Part shown: in pieces, positions 18,681 through 27,112 of the stretch | How the letters are laid out: each line of letters starts with the position of its first letter | How positions within the stretch are numbered: position 1 is the first letter of the stretch | Origin: Candidatus Thorarchaeota archaeon | GTDB taxonomy: Archaea; Asgardarchaeota; Thorarchaeia; Thorarchaeales; Thorarchaeaceae | Direction of reading: 5' to 3' | NCBI GenBank assembly: GCA_048882325.1 | Contig: JBHLRS010000015.1 | Location: 1-37,480 of the forward strand | Length of the DNA stretch: 37,480 nucleotides | Translations under genes and position numbers: made by a program | The notes under the pieces: model-generated | Told to the model about the DNA's origin: nothing | What the model saw: the letters and a program-made list of their open reading frames with translations, nothing else | Databases searched by the model: none

Positions 18681-20288
18681 GTGTTTGCTGATTTCGTGAT
18701 TCACAATGGAAAGATAATCACGATGGATGAGAACGAATCAATTGCTGAAGCTATAGCCATAAAATTTGAGCGAATAGTCTTCGTTGGATCAAATACTGAT
18801 GTTAAAGCGTTCATTGGGGATGGCACAGAGGTTCTCGATCTCAAGGGAAAAGTGGTTATTCCTGGACTAATCGATTCTCATGCTCACTTCATGGATGTTG
18901 GTTCCGCCCGAGAAATCTATGTGGACCTCAGTGAGGAAGCTGGAGTTCGATGTATTGCTGACATCCAGTCTAAGATAAAAGAGAGGATTGCAAAAACTTC
19001 CAAGGGAGAATGGATTTTCGGGTACCAAGAAGATGACTCGAAACTTGAGGAGAAACGACATCCCACACGGTGGGAGCTGGATGAGATTTCAACTGAACAT
19101 CCAATCATAGTGACCACAGTTGGTGGCCATTTCTGGATGGCCAACTCAAAAGCCTTCGAGATAGCTGGCGTCACAAAGGAATCTCCAGATCCAGTGGGAG
19201 GGAAATTCGATAGAGATCCTGAAACTGGAGATCTTATTGGATACCTCCATGAAGAGGCTTATAATGTTCTCCGACCAGATGGTCCTCCAGAACCAACTCG
19301 AGGAGAGTCCTACGTTGGAGCCAAGGATATTCTAATGGAATGTGCTTCTGTGGGACTAACCTGTGTTTACGATCTCGTAGACAAACCTGAGATGCGTGCA
19401 GCTATAGATCTCAAGAATAATGGTGAGCTTCCAGTTCGTGTAAGAGTTGATGTCATCATCGATTTAGTAGAAGAGCTCGACAAGTTGGGAATATATCGAG
19501 GTCTTGGTGATAACTGGCTTCGAATCTGCGGTGTGAAATTCTTCTTCGATGGAGCAATATCCGCCAGAACTGCTGCAGTTTCTAAACCTTATCTCAATCA
19601 TCCAGACTTCTATGGAGTCTTTGCTACAACAGAAGAGATTGCCAGAGAAACCCTGACAAATGCATATGAGAAAGGATACAGAATCTCTGCTCATGCTAAT
19701 GGAGATCGAGCTATCGATCTGTATCTTGATATAATAGAGGAGCTCCAGACTATGTACCCTCGTGAGGATCCTAGAAACAGAGATATCCATTGCACTGTCG
19801 TCAATCCCAAGATTGTGGAACGTATCAAAAAACTAGGAGTTCTTCCAACGATTTTTGGTCCCTATGCCTACTATCACGGCGACAAGCTTATTCCCGCATT
19901 TGGAGAAAAACGTTTAGAATGGATGTTTGCCGCACGTTCTTTCTTAGATGCTGAGGTCAAGATTGCAGCACATAGCGATCACCCTTGTGCACCCTACCCG
20001 CCATTGATGGCAATTTATGCATTAGTTAATAGGACAACAAAGGCTGGAACTCCGATAGGAAGAAGTCAGAGAATCTCTGTCTTTGAAGCTCTGAAATTGT
20101 ATACTATCAATGCGGCGTATCATCAGTTCGACGAGGACAAGCTAGGTTCTCTGGAGGAAGGAAAACTTGCCGACTTTGCAGTGCTTTCAGAAGACATACT
20201 TTCCGTTCCAATTGAGAATATTATTGATATCGAGGTTGATATGACAGTTATCGATGGAAGGGTGGTCTATCAAAGACAAGGCGGCTGA
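18681..20288 (+). CDS. Metal-dependent amidohydrolase, YtcJ-like (Amidohydro_3)
   Basis: PGLIDSHAH, ANSKA, VKFFFDG, HANGDRA, SDHP, GSLEEGKLADFAVL; GAGGTG RBS. Confidence 0.9.
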   Translation: MFADFVIHNGKIITMDENESIAEAIAIKFERIVFVGSNTDVKAFIGDGTEVLDLKGKVVIPGLIDSHAHFMDVGSAREIYVDLSEEAGVRCIADIQSKIKERIAKTSKGEWIFGYQEDDSKLEEKRHPTRWELDEISTEHPIIVTTVGGHFWMANSKAFEIAGVTKESPDPVGGKFDRDPETGDLIGYLHEEAYNVLRPDGPPEPTRGESYVGAKDILMECASVGLTCVYDLVDKPEMRAAIDLKNNGELPVRVRVDVIIDLVEELDKLGIYRGLGDNWLRICGVKFFFDGAISARTAAVSKPYLNHPDFYGVFATTEEIARETLTNAYEKGYRISAHANGDRAIDLYLDIIEELQTMYPREDPRNRDIHCTVVNPKIVERIKKLGVLPTIFGPYAYYHGDKLIPAFGEKRLEWMFAARSFLDAEVKIAAHSDHPCAPYPPLMAIYALVNRTTKAGTPIGRSQRISVFEALKLYTINAAYHQFDEDKLGSLEEGKLADFAVLSEDILSVPIENIIDIEVDMTVIDGRVVYQRQGG

Positions 20289-20291
20289 ATC

Positions 20292-22031
20292 ATGGAAGTG
20301 TCTATAGAACGGATAAAAGAAACTGTGGACGGCCTCTGTAAATACAGGAACCGAATCGCAGGAACAAAAGCTGAGCGACAGGCTGCTGACTATCTAAAGC
20401 GTATTCTGGGAAACATTGGGTACGAAGTTCTGGAGCATGAGTTTCCTATTATCGCATGGGAACCTAAAGAAGCATACATTTCTGTCGCGAAACCAGATGA
20501 ACGGCCAATTGAGTGTGCTTTGTTCCCTAACTCCCCAGATGCAGAGCATAAAGCAGTACTCGTTGATCTAGAATCGATACAAGAAGATGGAGAAAGGAAT
20601 TTTCCGTTATTTGGTTTTGCAGAATGGGGGGAAAGTCTGTATACATCACCAGATACTCCATACAACAAAGCAATTGATGCAGGTCTTGACGGATTAGTAA
20701 TCTCTAGCCCTGATGAAGGAGAGCTACTTAAGGTCAGAGTTGGTAATCGTGGAAGACAACTACAGATACCAATCTTCAGTGTATCCAAAGAAAGTGGTAT
20801 CATCCTTAAAGAGATGATGAAGAAGGGTGAAGTAATTCTGGATACAAAATGCATTTCTAAAAGAGGGCCATCAAAATCATTCAACCTAGAAGCTAATCTG
20901 GAAGGAAGTGAACCCGATTTCGACATTATAGTATCAGCTCATTATGATGCTTGGTTTTCAGGAGCATCAGACAATGCTGCTCCTGTTGCTATAGTGATTG
21001 AGGCTGCGCGACAACTAAGGGAGTATGTACAACAAGGTGGAACACTCAAACGAACTGTTCGATTTCTTCTCTATGGAGCTGAGGAGAGTGGCTCAGAAAG
21101 GTTCTATTTCTGGCTGAATGGTTCAAGAAGCTATGTTGAAAGCCAAGACTCTCTTGACAGATTTGCAATGGTTGTGAACTTGGATTCGGTAGGCTATCAC
21201 GCTACGAATTTCGTTGGAGCGACATATGAATTGTTGGACTTCGCACAGTCAATAACCTCTACAATCAAGCAAGAAGAAAGATTCAGTCACTACTGCCCAC
21301 CTGCTGATGGGAGTGACCACTGGTTCTTTACGATTGGAGGTGTTCCCACCATATACTTGATCTCTTGGCCTAGTCATCTGTATCACACACAGAATGATGT
21401 TCCAACAGCTCTAGACTTCGAATCTATTCACGCATACGCCAAATATGTTGTACAGTCAGTGACGAAGTTCTCTAATTCCAAAGTAATGCCTTTAGATATA
21501 ATGACACAATTCAAATTTGTAAAGGAAGGAATTAATGAATTCAGTAAGATTGAGGGCAATCCCTTTGGGACTCAAGAAGTGTCCGATCTGTTGACAAATA
21601 TTCTCAATAACAAGGATGCATTAGAGCAATTGGTACTGGACGCTAACGAGTCAGGCTTAAAGGAAGATTCAGCTCGAGTGAATGATTTCTTACTCACCAC
21701 ATCTCGGCGGTTGAATAGAACTATTGGTCAGGTTGGCGGAGTACATGAAGCTAGCTATCTATCACGTCTGACTTTGGTTCAGGAATATGTTGAGCTTGAC
21801 TCTATTATTCGGGATTTAGAGGAAAAGCCGTACATGAAGGTTCATCCACGAGTCCTTGATAGTCTTAGAACATACGATGATACTCCTTCCAAGCTTTTAG
21901 ACATAACAAATGCTGGCATTGAACTGAGGATGCAGTGCGACAAACTTGGTGAGCAGATAAAAGAGGAGATAATTAACCTAGCAAATCACCTGAGAGAAAT
22001 ACAATCGGACTTGGATGATTTGATGACCTAG
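20292..22031 (+). CDS. M28 family zinc peptidase with PA-like insert and helical C-terminal domain
   Basis: SAHYD, GASDNAA, GAEESG, NLDS, SDH, YHTQND. Confidence 0.85.
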   Translation: MEVSIERIKETVDGLCKYRNRIAGTKAERQAADYLKRILGNIGYEVLEHEFPIIAWEPKEAYISVAKPDERPIECALFPNSPDAEHKAVLVDLESIQEDGERNFPLFGFAEWGESLYTSPDTPYNKAIDAGLDGLVISSPDEGELLKVRVGNRGRQLQIPIFSVSKESGIILKEMMKKGEVILDTKCISKRGPSKSFNLEANLEGSEPDFDIIVSAHYDAWFSGASDNAAPVAIVIEAARQLREYVQQGGTLKRTVRFLLYGAEESGSERFYFWLNGSRSYVESQDSLDRFAMVVNLDSVGYHATNFVGATYELLDFAQSITSTIKQEERFSHYCPPADGSDHWFFTIGGVPTIYLISWPSHLYHTQNDVPTALDFESIHAYAKYVVQSVTKFSNSKVMPLDIMTQFKFVKEGINEFSKIEGNPFGTQEVSDLLTNILNNKDALEQLVLDANESGLKEDSARVNDFLLTTSRRLNRTIGQVGGVHEASYLSRLTLVQEYVELDSIIRDLEEKPYMKVHPRVLDSLRTYDDTPSKLLDITNAGIELRMQCDKLGEQIKEEIINLANHLREIQSDLDDLMT

Positions 22032-22057
22032 GAATGTAAAGGAGGAATGTGAAAAGA

Positions 22058-23347
22058 ATGAAGGAAAAGGAAGAATTAGCAATCTTGGGATGGATAAAAG
22101 ATAATCAAGGTAAACTCGTCACTCTTCTACAAGACTTGGTGCGAATACCAAGTGTTTCAGGTGAAGAGCTGGCAGTACAGAAACGGCTTCATCAGGAATT
22201 TGATAGAATGGACCTTAATCCAGAGATGTTCTATCCCGATGAGAGAAAGCTCCGAAAAAAAAAGGACTTCTTCGAAACCACATCATTTCAGAAGTATGGA
22301 TACGAAGACCGACCAAACGTTGGTGGTTTATTGAAAGGTACAGGTGGTAGGAGGTCAATGTGTCTGAGTGGTCATGTAGATGTAGTGTCGCCAGAACCAT
22401 TGGACCAGTGGACAAGAGATCCTTGGTCTGGTGATGTTGTTGATGACGAATTGCATGGACGAGGAGCGGGAGACATGAAAGCTGGAGTTGCTGCAATGCT
22501 CTTCGCTGTGAAGGCACTTCAAGCGAATGGAATCAAGTTGAAGGGGGATGTCCAGGTCGAAACCACCATTGAAGAGGAGGATGGTGGTGTAGGCGGAGTA
22601 CTCTATATGCGGACTATCCAGCCAAAGACTGATGCCGCTTTTGTTCCAGAACCAAGTACACTTACAATCACTGTTGCTAGTGCTGGTGTGATGTATTTCC
22701 GAGTCATTGGCCCAGGTATCCCAGCTCATGCAGCTCGAGCTCATGTTGGGGTCAATGCAATACAAAAGATGATGCCTATCATTTCAGCTATCCAAACTCT
22801 CCACGAAGAACGACAGGCTAGAATACATTATAGCTTCGCTGAAACAGATCCTAACAACATAGGTAGAGCCACAACCATTAACATAGGCACCATAAATGCT
22901 GGTGATTGGCCCTCTACCGTGCCTGGTTCATGCATAATAGAGTGTAGAATTGGATTTCCTCCTGGAGAAACTAATGAAGAAGTCATGAAAGAAGTTGAAG
23001 AAGCTGTAAAACGCGCCGCTAATGAAGACACTTGGCTGAAAGAGAATCAACCTATTGTTGAGTGGTTTGGATGGAGAGCTCGACCTCACGAATTAAAACC
23101 AACAAATGAATTCGTCCAACTTGTTAAACAGAGTGTCATTGATGTAGTTGGACATGAAACAGCATTCATTGGAGGATCTGCCGGGTTAGATACAAGATAT
23201 TTCGTACATAATGGAACTCCTGCTGTGACATGCGGGCCTCACGCTGAACGCATACACTCGTTTGATGAAGTAGTGAATATAGAGTCCATTGTAGTGACTT
23301 CTCAAATCATTGCTAAGACACTTCTGGAATGGTGTGGTGTTTCCTAG
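22058..23347 (+). CDS. ArgE/DapE family (M20) deacylase/peptidase
   Basis: GHVDVV, GRGAGDMKAG, EEEDGG, VPEP, GDWPSTVP, HSFDE; start 22049 (GTG) or 22058 (ATG). Confidence 0.9.
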   Translation: MKEKEELAILGWIKDNQGKLVTLLQDLVRIPSVSGEELAVQKRLHQEFDRMDLNPEMFYPDERKLRKKKDFFETTSFQKYGYEDRPNVGGLLKGTGGRRSMCLSGHVDVVSPEPLDQWTRDPWSGDVVDDELHGRGAGDMKAGVAAMLFAVKALQANGIKLKGDVQVETTIEEEDGGVGGVLYMRTIQPKTDAAFVPEPSTLTITVASAGVMYFRVIGPGIPAHAARAHVGVNAIQKMMPIISAIQTLHEERQARIHYSFAETDPNNIGRATTINIGTINAGDWPSTVPGSCIIECRIGFPPGETNEEVMKEVEEAVKRAANEDTWLKENQPIVEWFGWRARPHELKPTNEFVQLVKQSVIDVVGHETAFIGGSAGLDTRYFVHNGTPAVTCGPHAERIHSFDEVVNIESIVVTSQIIAKTLLEWCGVS

Positions 23348-23407
23348 TCTACTCAAAGAATTAGGAATCTTTTTCCACGAAAGTGTTAAGGAAGATGAAG
23401 GTGCTAG

Positions 23408-24238
23408 ATGATGGAGTGGAAAGATGGAGCTAGATGTGCAGTTTGCTTTACTTTCGATTTTGATGCCGACACATCTTGGAGAAATATACTTCGACGACAC
23501 AAAATTGAGCAGGACAATCCTGTTGTCCTATCCATTGGTGAATATGCGCCACGAGCGGCATTACCTCGTATCTTGAAACTTCTCAAGAACCACGATGTGA
23601 AGGCAGGCTTTTTTGTTCCTGGAGAAGTGGCGAACAAATTCCCGGACTCAGTAAAGGCTATTCATGAAGCTGGCCATGAAATCGGACATCACGGATATCA
23701 TCACAAGAATCCAGCTCGGTTATCTCCTTTGGAAGAGAACGAGGAGCTTGAGCGAGGATCAATAGCGTTAGAGACAATTGTAGGATACAAACCTGCAGGC
23801 TATCGTGCACCTGCCGCTGATATGAGTCCCAACACCTATTCTCTGTTAATTGAACATGGTATGCTTTACAACAGCACAATGATGAATGATGATCTCCCTT
23901 ATCTTGTCGAGATTAATGGCAAGAGAATCGTCGAGCTCCCAATTCGATGGATGTTGGATGATTGGGTCCATTTTGGTTTCAATATGTTTCCTGCTCTCTC
24001 CTATCAGAGTGGCATAAGTAGTCAGGAAAAGGTCTTCGAGATCTGGTCTGCTGAGTTTGAGGGAGTGCACGAAGAGGGTTTGTACTTCATGTTGACCATG
24101 CACCCTCAGATAATGGGTGTTCCATCAAGAAGCAGGATGCTTGGGAGATTGATAGAGTTGATGAAATCGAAGGGTGATGTCTGGATCGCAACTCCGAAAG
24201 AAGTTTCTGAATATTGGCTTCAGCATGGAGGAGAATAA
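23408..24238 (+). CDS. CE4 polysaccharide-deacetylase-fold protein (PuuE/PgdA-like)
   Basis: TFDFD, HEIGHHGYHH, GYRAP, DDLPY, WMLDDW, MHPQ. Confidence 0.88.
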   Translation: MMEWKDGARCAVCFTFDFDADTSWRNILRRHKIEQDNPVVLSIGEYAPRAALPRILKLLKNHDVKAGFFVPGEVANKFPDSVKAIHEAGHEIGHHGYHHKNPARLSPLEENEELERGSIALETIVGYKPAGYRAPAADMSPNTYSLLIEHGMLYNSTMMNDDLPYLVEINGKRIVELPIRWMLDDWVHFGFNMFPALSYQSGISSQEKVFEIWSAEFEGVHEEGLYFMLTMHPQIMGVPSRSRMLGRLIELMKSKGDVWIATPKEVSEYWLQHGGE

Positions 24239-24240
24239 CG

Positions 24241-24999
24241 TTGAAGAAACTAGAAGGTAAAATCGTGGTCGTGACAGGAGTTGCTACTGGCATCGGTCGA
24301 GCTACAGCCAAACTTTTCGCTATTGAAGGTGCCCATGTTATAGGGGCTGATATCAATGAAGATGGTGGCATATCAATTGCTGAGGAAGTTCAAGCATCCG
24401 GTGGGGACTTGATATTCATGAAGACCGATGTTTCCTCGGAATCAGACATAAGGGCACTCTTCAAAGCTGCTAGTGAGGTGGGAGGCGTCGATGTTCTATT
24501 CAACAACGCAGGTGTTGAGGTCGCCAAGGGACTTCTAGACACAACTGAGGAGGATTGGCACAAGAATGTGAATGTCAACCTGAAGTCAGTTTTCTTTTGT
24601 TGCAAGTATGCCATTCAACAAATGAAGGAAAAGGGTAAAGGAGTGATTATCAATAACTCGTCTGTTGCAGGGTTAGTTGGTTCGTTCTCACCTGCGTATT
24701 CAGCGGCTAAAGGAGGAATCATAGCATTGACAAAAGCTCTTGCTGCGGATTTTGGCTCAGACAATATTAGAGTCAACTGTATCTGTCCTGGTGCAATTGA
24801 AACACCAATGTTGGAGCGGGTGATCGACTTTCAGGGAGAACCTGCTGAGGTTCGAAAGAGAAGAATGAAGAACTATCCACTTGGTCGTTTCGGCCATCCC
24901 GATGAAGTTGCCCGTACAGCACTGTTCCTTGCTTCTGAAGACTCTAGCTTTGTGACTGGTGCAGCTATTATGGTTGATGGAGGATTCACAGCGAAATAA
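24241..24999 (+). CDS. Classical short-chain dehydrogenase/reductase
   Basis: TGVATGIG, NNAG, YSAAK, IRVNCICPG; TTG start at 24241 after GGAGGAG. Confidence 0.92.
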   Translation: MKKLEGKIVVVTGVATGIGRATAKLFAIEGAHVIGADINEDGGISIAEEVQASGGDLIFMKTDVSSESDIRALFKAASEVGGVDVLFNNAGVEVAKGLLDTTEEDWHKNVNVNLKSVFFCCKYAIQQMKEKGKGVIINNSSVAGLVGSFSPAYSAAKGGIIALTKALAADFGSDNIRVNCICPGAIETPMLERVIDFQGEPAEVRKRRMKNYPLGRFGHPDEVARTALFLASEDSSFVTGAAIMVDGGFTAK

Positions 25000-25101
25000 C
25001 CAACTCTGAACAATTATGAAGTGTTTTAAAGCTTTAAATCACGAATAAAGCGTTATGATGCCTCTTCTTGCATCCATTTTTGTTAGAATAGTTAACATAC
25101 G

Positions 25102-25109
25102 TTATATAT
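25102..25109 (+). promoter_or_regulatory. Putative TATA box
   Basis: TTATATAT 30-37 nt upstream of ATG 25139. Confidence 0.5.
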
Positions 25110-25138
25110 AATTTTGACAGAATCGTGTACGTGATTCA

Positions 25139-26158
25139 ATGATGAAGCACGCTACTCTTAACAAAGTCATTCTTGGAATGCTTCTATTCCTTCTAGTGTC
25201 CTCAGTGGTCAATGTCAAAGCTTCGACAACCACTGATGATGAGTCTGAGACAGACACCTCCGGTGAGGATGATGACGATTCCAATGATCGTGAGGTCACA
25301 ATTAATGCGACACCTACGTATGTAGAGATAGACTCCGAACTTGAGTCTGGTGGAGTTGAAGACTCATTCCAGATTGCGGTTGAGGTTGGTCCTAACGGTG
25401 CTGAGTTCAAGGTCGAGTTCGAAACCGAATCAGGAACCAGTGAAACCGAGCGCGAGTTTGAGGTTCAATTCGACGAGCTTATCGAGTTCATTGATGTCAA
25501 TGATAATGGTGTCTATGACGACTCTATTGACGATGATGTACAGACACTTGAGCTTGTCAGCTTTGATCCTATTGTCTATACAGTGGAGAATACAACTGAT
25601 GGACCAGTTCATATCATCGATGTTCTAACGACTGACGGTATCTTTGGTGCACGAGTCTATGCAGTTGGTGATTTTACCATGATCAACGGTAATGTCATTG
25701 CTCCTACTCAGGTGAAAATCGATGTCTTCATTCGAAATTTCAACTTCACTCAGGTTGACACACTTCTTGCATTGAAGGTTGAGTTGAGCACTGAACTGGA
25801 AACATCATTTGATGATAGTACTGAGGATGAAGTTGACGGTCGAGCAATCGACGAAGCTGAGATGGACGTCCTCTTAACCGATGTTACTGGTTTCTTCTCA
25901 TGGAAGGAGACAGCTGTAATTGATGGAGTGACTCATCTTGTGAACTCAAGCATTGATGAGGTCACCGCGACTGAGCAAGACATCTATCTGAGCTATCCTC
26001 AGGGTAATGAGATAGTCCACGATCCAAAGGTTGGATTCGAGAATCTTCTCATTGTTGGAGGGTCTCCTTTGGATATCCTGACAGATAATATCATACCAAT
26101 CTCGTTTGGTGTTGCTATCATCATCATTGGTGTGGTGGCAATGAGAATACGACGATAA
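25139..26158 (+). CDS. Very acidic exported protein with C-terminal membrane anchor, function unknown
   Basis: Signal peptide, D/E-rich N-terminus, DVNDNGVYD Ca-loop-like motif, HDPKVG, TM + RIRR. Confidence 0.8.
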   Translation: MMKHATLNKVILGMLLFLLVSSVVNVKASTTTDDESETDTSGEDDDDSNDREVTINATPTYVEIDSELESGGVEDSFQIAVEVGPNGAEFKVEFETESGTSETEREFEVQFDELIEFIDVNDNGVYDDSIDDDVQTLELVSFDPIVYTVENTTDGPVHIIDVLTTDGIFGARVYAVGDFTMINGNVIAPTQVKIDVFIRNFNFTQVDTLLALKVELSTELETSFDDSTEDEVDGRAIDEAEMDVLLTDVTGFFSWKETAVIDGVTHLVNSSIDEVTATEQDIYLSYPQGNEIVHDPKVGFENLLIVGGSPLDILTDNIIPISFGVAIIIIGVVAMRIRR

Positions 26159-26173
26159 TCTCTCTCACACTGC

Positions 26174-26204
26174 GATGGAGAAGAGATCCGGTCTCTTCCC
26201 CATC
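26174..26204. terminator. Hairpin between convergent genes
   Basis: GATGGAGAAGAGA-TCCGG-TCTCTTCCCCATC (13-bp stem; the single mismatch is G-U on the minus strand). Confidence 0.6.
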
Positions 26205-26322
26205 TATTATATTTTCGAATGTTGCTTATCGACCACTACCTTTTATCCACATCACGCTGAGTGAACTATTCCACGGACCGAATAGACACAGACTAGATCA
26301 TCTTCGTAGACCTGATAGGGGT

Positions 26323-26886
26323 CTATGATGGCCCAGTTCGAATCGCCAGTATGAAGTATACTAGTTTTACAATCCCAAGGATTGTTTCTGCTACAGATCG
26401 CAGCTGGTAGAAGAACAAGTCTTCTGTCACAGCGACTCCGTATCCGACTCCTATCCGGAGAAACGCCCAGATGATAAAGAGAATCCCTGCGATAAGAGCA
26501 ACCACTCCAACCTTTTCACGAGTCATGTAAAAGGAATATCCAGCAAACCCGAATGCAATCAGCATGATGCTCCAATTTACCAAATATGCTGGTGTGAAGT
26601 ATCCAAGGTGTAGATAAGGTTGCAATAGCATTCCTATGATTTGATATAGGTTGAAGAAGAGGAATGGAATGATAGGTATATAGCTTTCAGTATCACGGTA
26701 GATTCCCAAATAGGCGAAGCTTGCGATGATCGATCCGCTTGCCATGAGCACTCGATCAATGGGCAGTAATTCTGTTCCAGCCCACACAAAACCGCTGATA
26801 AGGATGTAAGCGCCGCCAATCAAAAACATGATTCCACCAATAATGCCCAAACCATACAGGATATTGGATGTTCTGTCTTTTCCCAT
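26323..26886 (-). CDS. Hypothetical polytopic membrane protein (about 6 TM)
   Basis: Successive hydrophobic segments; ATG 26886 preceded by GAGGTGA RBS. Confidence 0.75.
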   Translation of the reverse strand: MGKDRTSNILYGLGIIGGIMFLIGGAYILISGFVWAGTELLPIDRVLMASGSIIASFAYLGIYRDTESYIPIIPFLFFNLYQIIGMLLQPYLHLGYFTPAYLVNWSIMLIAFGFAGYSFYMTREKVGVVALIAGILFIIWAFLRIGVGYGVAVTEDLFFYQLRSVAETILGIVKLVYFILAIRTGPS

Positions 26887-27112
26887 TACTTCGTTCACCT
26901 CATTACAAGAGTACAGTATCTTAATTCAAACTACTATTTATGTAGTTCCAATATTGAATCATCTATCATTTTTATATTTCAAAATGAAAGAGCAGCAGAT
27001 ATTGTATAACTGCAATAATTACAATCGATAATGCCCACAAATATTATTACTTACAACTTGAAATCATTTGTAACATATGTTCAAAAATCGCGATGGATTT
27101 GGACGTGGTTAG

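Noticed and set aside
25025-25038. Perfect palindrome TTTAAAGCTTTAAA after the SDR stop
   Set aside because: Almost all A/T, single copy, plausible by chance in an AT-rich spacer.
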